IMG/VR virus record: IMGVR_UViG_3300036803_000014
Location: 1-29,869 of that record
Direction: 5' to 3' (one strand)
DNA: 29,869 nucleotides
Source of the DNA: a virus
Taxonomy: Duplodnaviria > Caudoviricetes
How positions within the stretch are numbered: position 1 is the first letter of the stretch; each line of letters begins with the position of its first letter. This document shows, in pieces, positions 6,773 to 16,121 of this stretch. The notes beneath the pieces were generated by a model. It saw only the letters and a program-made list of their open reading frames with translations. It was not told where the DNA came from and searched no databases. The position numbers were made by a program, and so were the translations under genes.

Positions 6773-9072
6773 CGGCCGACAGCAGGATGGTTAGATGCAT
6801 GTACAGGCACTTGCGGCGGCGCAGCCACATTGCCGGCCGTCAACTGCTGCGCGGTCGGATCGGGCTCGACCTGCTGCACGCCATGCAGCGGATTGATCCC
6901 CGGCGATGGCGCCGCGTTGCCGCTCGCTATGGCTGCGTTCACCTTGCCGTCCATCGGGTGTTGCGGCTGGCTCGCGCTGATCTGCGCCGCGGTGCCCTGC
7001 ACATTGCCTTGCATGCCCTGCAACATGTGGATGATCGTCTGAAGCTGCGAGGCGTTGGTCTGCGAAACAGCCTGCGCGGCCTTAGCCTGATTGAGTTCGG
7101 CAGTCGAAAGCGATTGCACGGCTGCCGCCTGCGACTTCGTGGAGTTGGCATCGGACTCGCGTGCCTGCGCCAGCAGCGCGACCGTGGCGGCGTCGGGCGG
7201 CGCATTTGCGGCCTCTGCCTGCTGCTGCTCCATCTCCTGCTTCTCTTCGTCGGTCGGCTTGACCACACCGGCTTGCACGAGCTGCTTACGCGCGAACTCG
7301 GCCAGATCCTCCATCCCCTCGCCGTCCAGATTCTTGACCAGCGTCATGACCATCAACTGCTGCGTCTGCTGGTCGGCAATCACCGGGATGATTTTCGACA
7401 GCGCGTTCACCGTCGCATCCTTGCGGCTGTTGAATGCGGGCCCCACGTCGATGAAAACGTCGAGCCCCGGCGTGAAGCTGCGCGTAATGACCGGATCACC
7501 CTGGGCATTGAGCGTCGGGACATTGATCTTCGTCGTCTCGGTCGTGTTGTCCTCGCCGATCGAGGCAAACCGGCGCCCCTCTTCGGTGTAGATCTCACAC
7601 GCCATCGAAAGATAGATCTTGCCGCACCGCTCCATCGCGCGCGCCATGTTGTCGGTGAAAATATAGACCTGCATGTCCTGATGCGCCTGCACACGACTCA
7701 CCAGCGCATCAGACGTGTTCGAAACGACCTGATTGGCTGCCAGATCGCCGCCTGTGACGTCCATCATGTCGGCCGCGGTGATCTGCACCAGACCGGCGAG
7801 CGCGGGTGGTACATCGGGCTGCTTCTGGTAGCCAACCGGGCCCGCCATAGTGCTCGACCCATCTGCGCCCGTTACCGGGTTAATCAGCAGATACGGATTG
7901 TTGTTGACCAGATCACCGGCCCACGTCAGTTCATGCCCTGCCATCTGCTCGGGCGTGAAGATCGGCTTCTCGCGCGGCGTGAATGCGGTGATGTCGGCGA
8001 GCGTGCTGATCTGCATGTTGTACAGGCGCTGCGAATCCTTCGCGAGGCGCACGGCGCCCTGAAAGCGCTCGATGCCGTCAATGATCTGGCGGATGCCGAA
8101 GACGACCACGATCGGGATTTCGGTCCCGGCGATATAGCCGCACTCCTTCAGGATGCCGGAGCCGTCTAGGAAGTATTTGCGCACGCGCTTACGGTTACGC
8201 TTGCCGGTGCGCACCTTCACGTAGCCGACCGACTTCCAGTGCGCCTCTTCTTCGGCGGCATCTTCGCGCGAGTCGGCATCGAGACCGGCATACACCTTCT
8301 GCTCCAGCTTCGAGTTCGGCTCCTGCCACACCGAATACTGCTCGGCCTTCTGCTCGACCTCGTAATATTCTCCGATGTAGACGGCATCGTTCGTGAACCA
8401 GTCGAACTGTTTGAGCGAGCGGACCATCTTGAAGCTTGACGGGCGCTCTGCGAGCGTGACCGCATCGCCCAGATATTCCGTCGTGTACGTGTCCCAGCTG
8501 ATCGGGTTCAGCACCACGCACCATTTGGCGTCCGACTTGTCCAGCTTACGGCTGTCCGGATCGAAAAAGACGCTGATGTCCGCGTCGTTGATCGGCTCGA
8601 AGAGGATGCGTTGCGGCGTATCGTCGTCCAGTTCCGTTTCCGCACGATGGTCATAATCGTTCGTCAGGCGCCACGCGCCGATGCCACCGGAGACGGCTTC
8701 TTCGAACGCTGACACGTACACGTCCTGCGCACCGCTGTACTGCTCGTCGGCACGGTAGACGATGCGAAGCGCGTCAAGGTCATCCGCGCGGCTGTCGTCG
8801 TCGCTCGACCGGAAGTTGACGGTCATCGCGTTGGCGCGGTACTCGGAGACGATGCGGCGTACGGCCTTCTGCGTCTTGTTGACGACGAAGCGCGGGCGGT
8901 TGTTGAATTGCGCGCCGAGGCCGCCCTCCCACTGTGCACCGTCGACGAAGGCGAAGCGGCGATCTTCAAGCGCGGCAAGCCGGATTTGCTGCTGCGGTCC
9001 ATATGCGCGGTCGAAGCGCGCCGTTGCGCGGTCCCAGACAGCGGATAGCCTTTCTTCTTTGGTCAGAGCCAT
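6769..9072 (-). CDS. Portal protein, P22 gp1 family
   Basis: EDRRFAFVDGAQW, NRPRFVVNK, GAVRLAKDSQRLYNMQ, DVGPAFNSRKDATV. Start placed at ATG 9072 because of AGGA spacing (ORF track uses 9081). Confidence 0.92.
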   Translation of the reverse strand: MALTKEERLSAVWDRATARFDRAYGPQQQIRLAALEDRRFAFVDGAQWEGGLGAQFNNRPRFVVNKTQKAVRRIVSEYRANAMTVNFRSSDDDSRADDLDALRIVYRADEQYSGAQDVYVSAFEEAVSGGIGAWRLTNDYDHRAETELDDDTPQRILFEPINDADISVFFDPDSRKLDKSDAKWCVVLNPISWDTYTTEYLGDAVTLAERPSSFKMVRSLKQFDWFTNDAVYIGEYYEVEQKAEQYSVWQEPNSKLEQKVYAGLDADSREDAAEEEAHWKSVGYVKVRTGKRNRKRVRKYFLDGSGILKECGYIAGTEIPIVVVFGIRQIIDGIERFQGAVRLAKDSQRLYNMQISTLADITAFTPREKPIFTPEQMAGHELTWAGDLVNNNPYLLINPVTGADGSSTMAGPVGYQKQPDVPPALAGLVQITAADMMDVTGGDLAANQVVSNTSDALVSRVQAHQDMQVYIFTDNMARAMERCGKIYLSMACEIYTEEGRRFASIGEDNTTETTKINVPTLNAQGDPVITRSFTPGLDVFIDVGPAFNSRKDATVNALSKIIPVIADQQTQQLMVMTLVKNLDGEGMEDLAEFARKQLVQAGVVKPTDEEKQEMEQQQAEAANAPPDAATVALLAQARESDANSTKSQAAAVQSLSTAELNQAKAAQAVSQTNASQLQTIIHMLQGMQGNVQGTAAQISASQPQHPMDGKVNAAIASGNAAPSPGINPLHGVQQVEPDPTAQQLTAGNVAAPPQVPVHASNHPAVGR

Positions 9073-9521
9073 TGCACCCATTTCCTTTCAAAAGGTTCAA
9101 AACCCTCTCCTTGCAGAAAGTCTCCGCATGGGAATGCCAGCTTTTCACCTGCCATCCAGCACTTGACGCCGCGCCGCACTAGCTCAGATCGAGTCGCGGC
9201 AAAGAGTGCGCGGCCATGATCAAGTCCGCGCCTCGTCGGTTCGACATAGAAAACGTCGCCAATTCCTTCCATGCAATCGCCGTAGTGGATGCCAGGCCGG
9301 ACGAAAGCCACGAAGTACGCGACGATCTGTCCATCGAGCCTGCCAATCATCATCATCAGCTGGTCGGCATCCTGCGACGCGCTGTATAGCGCGACATTCG
9401 GCTTCAGGTCATAGCCCATCTGCTTGTGGATGCTGATCTCATCGTAATGCTCGTGCAGCAGCGGCAGAAGCTCTGCGTACACATCCTGAAATCGCTCGAC
9501 TGCAAAGGCCGGTGTGTTCAT
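9063..9521 (-). CDS. GNAT-family acyltransferase
   Basis: DVFYVEPTRRGLDHGRALF acetyl-CoA-binding motif A; C-terminal EGFEPFE; overlaps the portal start. Confidence 0.8.
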   Translation of the reverse strand: MNTPAFAVERFQDVYAELLPLLHEHYDEISIHKQMGYDLKPNVALYSASQDADQLMMMIGRLDGQIVAYFVAFVRPGIHYGDCMEGIGDVFYVEPTRRGLDHGRALFAATRSELVRRGVKCWMAGEKLAFPCGDFLQGEGFEPFERKWVQWL

Positions 9522-9529
9522 GGGGTGTC

Positions 9530-12500
9530 CTAACGACGACTGTTGAACTGATTTGCGGTAGCGGCGCCTGCCACAAACCCCGCTTTCGCGGAAAGCTGCT
9601 GCACGAATAGCCGGCGCGCGGCCAGCGATTCATAGTTGCGCAATGCCGATGCCAGGAGTTTACCGTTAGAGAGCAGTTTTGCTGCGTTCTCCGTAGTAAT
9701 TTGAGAGACTTTCTGCGTGACCGTACGCGTCAGTGCGCCAGTGATCGCGCCGGCCGCCATGCCGCCGACAGCACCCACCGGGCCGAACGCAGAGCCGACG
9801 CCGCCAGTGATCAACCCCTGCACCGCCGAATCCTTCAGCGCCGAGCCCAGGTTGCTGCCGAAGCGCTTGATGGCACTCTGATTCTGCGCGGTGTCGCTGC
9901 CGGCGATCTTCCCTGTTTTGGCGTAGCTCGTCGTCTGGTTGAGAAGATCATCGGCGACGTTGCCGAACTTGCTGGCGTCCTGCGCTGACATGTAGGGCGA
10001 ATACTTGTCGGCCGTCGAGCGGAACTGATTGCGGTTGAACTCGGTCTTCCCTGCGGCGTTCTTGTTGCGCTCTGCCACTTCGCCCATTGCAAGCTCACGC
10101 GCCTTCTGCTGCCGCAATGCGATAGCCTTCGCGTGGTCGGCTGCCTCCATATCCGGGAGCATCTTCTCGATGCTGCGCAGCCCAGCGGGTGAGTCGGCGT
10201 TCTGGATTGCTTCCTGCGCCTGTGCGAGTGCGGTCTGACTGGTACGCTGCGATTCGATCGTGGAGACGTTCTGCGCGTGCGCGCCGTGCAACTCGCTGTA
10301 CGAGGGCGACCGCTTGCCGAGAATGCCCTTGAATTCCTCATGCGCAGCTGCGAACTTCGGATTTTTTGCCAGCGCTTGCCGGATGAATTCCTGACCCTCG
10401 CCAGGAAGGCCGGTCAGGTCACTCTTGTTTTGCAGGTGGCGCGCGAGTTCAGTCAGGGCATCGATCGTGTCTTGCGGCACCTTGTCAGCCGCGCGTGCAC
10501 CGGGCTTCATCTGCTCTGTCTTGACGCTGTTGATGGCGTTGACCAGTTTTCCCGGATCGACCTCATTTGTCACCGGATCGACAGCGCTATACAGCCGGCT
10601 CTGCACCGACTGCATGGCGTCGATCGGCGCGGATGCCTGCTTGAAGTTGTCCAGATAGCCCTGAAACCCCGGCGCGGCCTTCTCAAGCTGCTTGTCGAGC
10701 ACTTCCTTGACACGCAGCAGCTCGCGCGACGCCTGCACGCCGGCCGGGTTAGACGTTGCCATACGCGGGTCAAGCAGATCGTCTATCTGCTTTCTCACTG
10801 AGTCATATAGCGTCCGCGCGTCGGTTTCGTACACCGTCTTGGTTGAGGAAGTGGCCGGTATCAGAGGAGCGCCGCTTTCTCCAATCAATGTGGATGGTGG
10901 CGTACTTTCGGTAGATGTTCCGCCCACTAGTTTTGATCGGATATTGGTCAAAACAGACTTGACAGCATCACGCTTCCCCGACGAACCGTTAAGAATCGAG
11001 TCAACCGTATTGACGACCGGCTTTACATTCACATCGCTAGCGTTGGCGAAAACCTGCTGAACATCCTCATTTGCCTGCGCACTACGAGCCTCTTTCAACG
11101 ACTCCAGTTGCTCGGGCGTTCCGATAATCTGCTGAAGCGTGTTCCCGGCGTCCGCCTGCCGCGACTTCTGCAAGTCATCGAACACCGTCGATCCTTCATC
11201 CTTTGCCATACGCTGCGCGAGCTTCACCGGCGCGTCGAATTGCGGAGTCTGGAGCTTCTGTGCCACGTCCTGCGCGAGCGGCTGAACCTCCTGTTGCCCT
11301 TGCGCGGCCAGTGCGTCGCTGTGCTGCGCGGCGGCTTCTGCGGCCTGCTCTGCGGCCTGCGGATTGGCCGGCGTGCCGGGATTGGCCGGCGTGCCCTGCT
11401 GCGCGAGTTGGCGCGCGATCGCCGCGTCGTTGTCCGCGCTCGCGTTGGCGAACGTCGACGGATTGGCGTTCGTGGCCGCCTTCTGAACGGTCGTCACGTT
11501 CGCATCGTTCGCCAATTCGGCGGCGGTCGGCGTGTAACCGGGCGTCTGCGGCGTCGGTGCCGTCTCCAACTTCGTCGCAAGCTGGTCGGGCGTGTTGCCT
11601 GATGCCTGCGCAATGTCAGCGGCGACATGCGCGTCTGCGGCGTTGCCCGCGGCCGATGCCTGAGTTGCCGCCGATGGCGTCTTGCCGAACCAGCTTTGCG
11701 CCTTGGCGATGCCCTTCGCGATCGTCGGATTCTCGGCCAGCGCCGCAAGTCCGCTGCCGACAGCCTTACCGATGCCGAGGCCGGCCGCGCCGGCGGCGCC
11801 ACCTACCGCGGCGTCGCGCGCGATCTCCGCGCCTGATTTGTTGTCGGCGATTGCAGGCACTGCGCCGGCGACAGCGCCACCGGCAACAGCAGTCGGCAAC
11901 GAAGCGCCGCCGGCGGCGACGTATGGCGCGGCCGATCCAACTACGCCCGCGACCTTACCGGGCAGGCTGCCGCTCGTGTCGCGCGCGACCTGTGCATTGA
12001 TCTGGTTGCGGGCGTCGACCGCCTGATTGGCGAAGTCGTTCGCGCCGACCATCCGACCACCGGCCGCCGCGATGTCGAGTAGGCTTCCGGCGACGCCACC
12101 AACGCCCTTCTCTGCGATGTCGCCCATCGTCGAGCCACTTTGTGCCGGAGCGACGCGCGTATCAGGCCCGGTCGGCAGTTGCACATCAGATGCAACGCCG
12201 CCGAGCGGATTCCATCCGCTGGTTCCATCCGGGCCGGACGGTGTAGCCTGCGCGCCTTGCGGCAGCACCAGCGAACCATCCGCAAGCCCCTGCTTGACCA
12301 GCGCAAGCTGATCGGGGGCTAGGGTGTTGTTCTGGAGCGCGGCGAGCGTGTTCGGGCCGATCGTCTTCGGAGGCGCGGGCGTCGCCTGATTTTGGCTAGA
12401 ACCCACTCCAGCATTGGCGTTGTCGGCGGCGCTCGACGGCCTCACAAGCTGCGTAGGATCGACCGCAATCTTTCCCGCTTTCACGCGCGCGTCTACCGCA

Positions 12501-13132
12501 TCCATGTCGGCAGCCGACAGGCGCCCCGCGTTGTAATCCGCGACGATCTGCGCATTGACGCCAGCCCCCGGCGCGACCGCAGCGCTCGTCGGCGCGACCA
12601 TCTGCGTCGGCTGCTGCTGCGCGCCCGTATCGGTCCCCACCACGGACGGATCGAGCCCATACGATGCAGCGCTAGGCAGCGGCGCGGCAGGCGTGGGTGC
12701 GGCGTCGGGCTGCGGTGTATCCTGGCCGCCGCCCTTCGTGAAGTGCGACATGACGCGATTCGTGTACGCGCGCGTCTGGCCGCCCCAGTTCGCCGGGTCC
12801 GTGCCGCCGATGTACTGCGTGACTGCGCCGGCCGCGCTGCCCGTGCGCTGCATGCCTTCCTTCAGCAGGTAGGCCGCGCCGAGCGCCGCCGCTTCGGGCG
12901 AAGCCATCGGGTCGATGTTGTATTTCTTGATGATCGCCGCGCGCGTGGCGGCCGTGATCTGATACGGCGTCGTCGCTCCCGCGCTGCTCACCTGATTGGC
13001 GTTCGACTTCTCACCGGCGAGCCGGACGCTCGACAGCAGGCCGGGCGGAATACCGGCTGCATCCGACGCCGCCTGATCGGCCGCCGCGTAGACCGGGTCT
13101 TTATACGAAACAGGAAAGGTCGGATCGCTCAT
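9530..13132 (-). CDS. Large DNA ejection protein (gp16-like position) with N-terminal lytic transglycosylase-like domain
   Basis: 1200 aa, Ala/Gln-rich; N-terminus GIPPGLL...GEKS...AGATTPYQI...GAAYL...YIGG...QTRAYTNRV resembles an SLT domain; third gene of the ejection cluster. Confidence 0.75.
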   Translation of the reverse strand: MSDPTFPVSYKDPVYAAADQAASDAAGIPPGLLSSVRLAGEKSNANQVSSAGATTPYQITAATRAAIIKKYNIDPMASPEAAALGAAYLLKEGMQRTGSAAGAVTQYIGGTDPANWGGQTRAYTNRVMSHFTKGGGQDTPQPDAAPTPAAPLPSAASYGLDPSVVGTDTGAQQQPTQMVAPTSAAVAPGAGVNAQIVADYNAGRLSAADMDAVDARVKAGKIAVDPTQLVRPSSAADNANAGVGSSQNQATPAPPKTIGPNTLAALQNNTLAPDQLALVKQGLADGSLVLPQGAQATPSGPDGTSGWNPLGGVASDVQLPTGPDTRVAPAQSGSTMGDIAEKGVGGVAGSLLDIAAAGGRMVGANDFANQAVDARNQINAQVARDTSGSLPGKVAGVVGSAAPYVAAGGASLPTAVAGGAVAGAVPAIADNKSGAEIARDAAVGGAAGAAGLGIGKAVGSGLAALAENPTIAKGIAKAQSWFGKTPSAATQASAAGNAADAHVAADIAQASGNTPDQLATKLETAPTPQTPGYTPTAAELANDANVTTVQKAATNANPSTFANASADNDAAIARQLAQQGTPANPGTPANPQAAEQAAEAAAQHSDALAAQGQQEVQPLAQDVAQKLQTPQFDAPVKLAQRMAKDEGSTVFDDLQKSRQADAGNTLQQIIGTPEQLESLKEARSAQANEDVQQVFANASDVNVKPVVNTVDSILNGSSGKRDAVKSVLTNIRSKLVGGTSTESTPPSTLIGESGAPLIPATSSTKTVYETDARTLYDSVRKQIDDLLDPRMATSNPAGVQASRELLRVKEVLDKQLEKAAPGFQGYLDNFKQASAPIDAMQSVQSRLYSAVDPVTNEVDPGKLVNAINSVKTEQMKPGARAADKVPQDTIDALTELARHLQNKSDLTGLPGEGQEFIRQALAKNPKFAAAHEEFKGILGKRSPSYSELHGAHAQNVSTIESQRTSQTALAQAQEAIQNADSPAGLRSIEKMLPDMEAADHAKAIALRQQKARELAMGEVAERNKNAAGKTEFNRNQFRSTADKYSPYMSAQDASKFGNVADDLLNQTTSYAKTGKIAGSDTAQNQSAIKRFGSNLGSALKDSAVQGLITGGVGSAFGPVGAVGGMAAGAITGALTRTVTQKVSQITTENAAKLLSNGKLLASALRNYESLAARRLFVQQLSAKAGFVAGAATANQFNSRR
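11360..11395. repeat. 18-bp tandem duplication encoding GTPANP x2
   Basis: ggattggccggcgtgcc occurs twice in tandem inside the ejection gene. Confidence 0.7.
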
Positions 13133-14487
13133 TGCGTCGGATCGAAAGAGTTAGCACCCGGCGCCGTGTAGTAGCTCGGCGCTGCCTTCTTGCTGAACTG
13201 CGTGAAGCTGTCGCCGGCCTTGACGAAAGCTGCGCCGTTCGGCGTCTGCACGGTCATATCGCGATAGGCGGGCCCGAACGATCCGTTGTTGCTGCGCGCC
13301 CAATCGCCGCGCGCGTTCGACCATGCGGCCTTCGATGCGAGGAACTTCTGACGCGCTTGCAGGTAGGACGCCCAAGCCTGCGGACTGTCGGTGATCTGCG
13401 GCACGTTCTGCACCGCGCGAGCGGTCGACGCATCCGTGAAGTTGCCGTTGACCATGCTCGCGGTCTCGGCCTGCGTGACAAGACTCGACGCCTCTTGCCG
13501 AAGCTGCTGAAGCTTCGACGTGTCGCCGGTCCATCGGCGGCCAGCCTGGTCCCATGTGGCGCCGAGCAGGCCGCTCGTGCCGCCGTTCTGGACCGAACTG
13601 AATGCGTTCGCGAGCTCGCCGGACTGGTCGGAGAGCTGCTGATTCGTCTGGCCGGCCGTGTATTCCGGCTGCGCTGCTGCGATCGCCGCGGGCGGCATCA
13701 CGATCTGCTGATTGGCGAGGCCGGTATTCGCCGTGGTCAATCCAGTCTGAGCGTTCGTCGCATTGATTCCCGCCTGGGCCTGCGCCGGGGCATAGGCGGC
13801 CTGTGTTCCAGCCAGAGAAGCACCAGCGTTTGCCGCTGCGACTTTCGCCGGGACTGTTGCCTGCGCAGTGACCGCGCCAGCTTGGTTCGCCTGATTCGCA
13901 TACAGATCCCCCGCGGTGTTGGCGCTGCCTGCATTCAGGATGCTCGACGCAAGCTGCTTGGCACCTTCCGGATTCTGGTTGATGAGCGCTTCAAACGAGC
14001 GCGTCTGCGCCGCGCCAGCGGTATCGCCGTAGTTCTCCTGACGCACCGCGCGCTGTTCGAGCAGATCGAGCGCGCCGGGAACGTCGTTCGCCTGCAAGCG
14101 CGCCTGCATTCCGGCCACGGTCGCCACGGCATCAGACGACATACGCGTGCGAATGTTCTGCCAGTTCGTCTGCGCCTGCTGCGTGTTCTGGTTCACCTGT
14201 TGCGCGAACTCGGGATACTTGACCGCGAGCGCCTGATAGTCGGCCGGCGTGGCGTTCGGATTCGATGCGAGCGCCTGCGATTCCATCTGGAATGCCTGCT
14301 GGCGCTGGTTATTGCTGATCTGCAAGCCAGCATTCGAGACGGTCGCAGCATTGGCCGCGTTCGATGCCTGCGCTTTAGCACCGAGCGTCGCGTCATTGAA
14401 GCCCAGTTGCTGGCCGGTCAGCGCATCATTTCCCATCTGGGTATCGATGCCCTTACCGATGTTTGAGAAGTCGATCAGGTCGGCCAT
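13129..14487 (-). CDS. DNA ejection protein (gp20-like position)
   Basis: 452 aa Ala/Gln/Asn-rich helical protein with LAVKYPEFAQQV motif; between the gp7-like and gp16-like genes. Confidence 0.65.
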   Translation of the reverse strand: MADLIDFSNIGKGIDTQMGNDALTGQQLGFNDATLGAKAQASNAANAATVSNAGLQISNNQRQQAFQMESQALASNPNATPADYQALAVKYPEFAQQVNQNTQQAQTNWQNIRTRMSSDAVATVAGMQARLQANDVPGALDLLEQRAVRQENYGDTAGAAQTRSFEALINQNPEGAKQLASSILNAGSANTAGDLYANQANQAGAVTAQATVPAKVAAANAGASLAGTQAAYAPAQAQAGINATNAQTGLTTANTGLANQQIVMPPAAIAAAQPEYTAGQTNQQLSDQSGELANAFSSVQNGGTSGLLGATWDQAGRRWTGDTSKLQQLRQEASSLVTQAETASMVNGNFTDASTARAVQNVPQITDSPQAWASYLQARQKFLASKAAWSNARGDWARSNNGSFGPAYRDMTVQTPNGAAFVKAGDSFTQFSKKAAPSYYTAPGANSFDPTQ

Positions 14488-15171
14488 TTACGTCCCCGTG
14501 AACAGGATAGGATTGCCAGCGTCCGTCGTGCCGTAGACAGGGTTGTTCGCGCTGCTGGTCGTCGCATAGCGGTTGATGCCCTGCGTGATCGAGCCGATAC
14601 CGGAACTGAACGAATTCGACAGTGAACCGGCAAGCGATGTCTGAGCGTTTGCGTTCTGGTTGTTCGCGCTCGTCGCCGCACCCTGGAATGCGTTGCTCGC
14701 CGCCTGCGAGCCGCTGATCGCGTTCAGGCCGTTGTTCATCAGCGATCCGTATCCAGCAAGCTGATTGGTGATCAGGCCGTTGAGCGTGCTGATAGACGTG
14801 TTGGCGAGCGTGTTGCTCGTGTTGGATCCGCGCAGACCGCCAGTCGCCGACGCATTGGCGAGGATGTTCTGATTCGCCGTCTGCATGTCGCCCTGATACT
14901 GAGCGCCGTTCTTGATCTGGCCGATGGCGCCGTTTTGCGCGTCCGTGCCGTTAGCGCCGAGCAGATTCTCGTATCCGGTCATCCCGGTCTGGCCGGCCGC
15001 GAGATACGGTGAAATCTGCTGCTGCATCGTGTCGTACTGCTTCGTTGCGAGCGCGAGATTGTTCGCCGCCGCCTGCGACTGTGCGTCCGCTGCGCTGCCT
15101 GCGGCACTCGCTGACATGGCGGAACTGGCGACACCACCGACGACGGTTGCGCCTACTGCTGCTGCGACCAT
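14488..15171 (-). CDS. DNA ejection (transfer) protein, gp7-like
   Basis: Hydrophobic MVAAAVGATVVGG N-terminus, PYLAAG, ILANASATGGLRGSNT motif typical of gp7-like proteins. Confidence 0.8.
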   Translation of the reverse strand: MVAAAVGATVVGGVASSAMSASAAGSAADAQSQAAANNLALATKQYDTMQQQISPYLAAGQTGMTGYENLLGANGTDAQNGAIGQIKNGAQYQGDMQTANQNILANASATGGLRGSNTSNTLANTSISTLNGLITNQLAGYGSLMNNGLNAISGSQAASNAFQGAATSANNQNANAQTSLAGSLSNSFSSGIGSITQGINRYATTSSANNPVYGTTDAGNPILFTGT

Positions 15172-15181
15172 GATTCACCCC

Positions 15182-15703
15182 TTAATGTTTGGCGAACTCA
15201 CCGTGAAGATCTTCGCGAGCGGACATTACCGCAGTAGCAGCTAGAGCAACCGCTTCCATCAACCCAAGCTTGCGAACGTTATAAAACTTGGCGACTCGAA
15301 CCTCACCCGATCGGCAATCGGCATATGCGTATGTCGTGCCTTTAATATCTCGAACACCAACGCCCTTGATTCCGATAGAGTTCTTCTGACTGGCAGTTCT
15401 GTTACACGCATTCTCTCTAACTGACGCGGGCCGCAAATTCTCCCATCTGTCATCGGATCTGATGCCGTTCTTATGGTCGATGTGCTTCTCCGGCCACTCA
15501 CCGGTCATGTAGAGCCAGGCAAGGCGACACGCCCGATATCGCTTGCCGTCAATCCCGATCCGTCTATACCCATACGTGCACAGATCGCCCGCGATATCCC
15601 CGGACTTGATTCCGCTTCCGCCTTTTCTCGGAGCCAAATATACAAATTCGCCAGTCTCTGGCGAATATTTTAGGATTTCTTTCAGTCTTTCTTGAGTAAG
15701 CAT
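15182..15703 (-). CDS. Free-standing HNH homing endonuclease
   Basis: MLTQERLKEILKYSPETGEF...GEWPEKHIDHKNGIRSDDRWENLR; lower GC; start placed at ATG 15703. Confidence 0.85.
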   Translation of the reverse strand: MLTQERLKEILKYSPETGEFVYLAPRKGGSGIKSGDIAGDLCTYGYRRIGIDGKRYRACRLAWLYMTGEWPEKHIDHKNGIRSDDRWENLRPASVRENACNRTASQKNSIGIKGVGVRDIKGTTYAYADCRSGEVRVAKFYNVRKLGLMEAVALAATAVMSAREDLHGEFAKH

Positions 15704-15707
15704 ATCG

Positions 15708-16121
15708 TCACCCGACAGAACTTTCGTATGTACCACTAATGTAATAGGTTCCGGCAGGTAATGGCGCCCCATCGTAACGAGAAAGTGTCATAACGGATGA
15801 CTCGGGACCGCATAGACCGTTGATCGCTACTCCACCATCTGAGCATCCGCCGATCACCGCAAATTGATTGCTCAATCCTTGGTGAGTGAATGGAAGTGTT
15901 ACCGTAGGTTTCCCGCTCGTCGGAAGCACGAGCGTGATTTCCACGTACGTCAAAGTGCCGATCTGCGCCCACACGCCCGATGCGGTGCCGCTCGATACAA
16001 TCGGGCTATAGCCATTCATCGCGCTGCCGTTCACGACGTTCCCGAGCGCGTCTGCAACGGCTGAATCACCGTTCAGAGCAGCGGTCAGGAACTGTTGCGG
16101 GATGCGCGATAGGTTGGCCAT
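15708..16121 (-). CDS. Tail needle/knob-like structural protein
   Basis: Coupled to gp10 (gp26 position); short helical N-terminus and beta-rich C-terminus (GVWAQIGTLTYVEITL...TLPF). Confidence 0.5.
   Translation of the reverse strand: MANLSRIPQQFLTAALNGDSAVADALGNVVNGSAMNGYSPIVSSGTASGVWAQIGTLTYVEITLVLPTSGKPTVTLPFTHQGLSNQFAVIGGCSDGGVAINGLCGPESSVMTLSRYDGAPLPAGTYYISGTYESSVG

Noticed and set aside
6787-8169. 460-aa plus-strand ORF
   Set aside because: Antisense shadow of the portal gene; Arg/His-rich composition typical of GC-rich reverse frames.
13132-14466. 444-aa plus-strand ORF
   Set aside because: Antisense shadow of the gp20-like gene; no motif or RBS.
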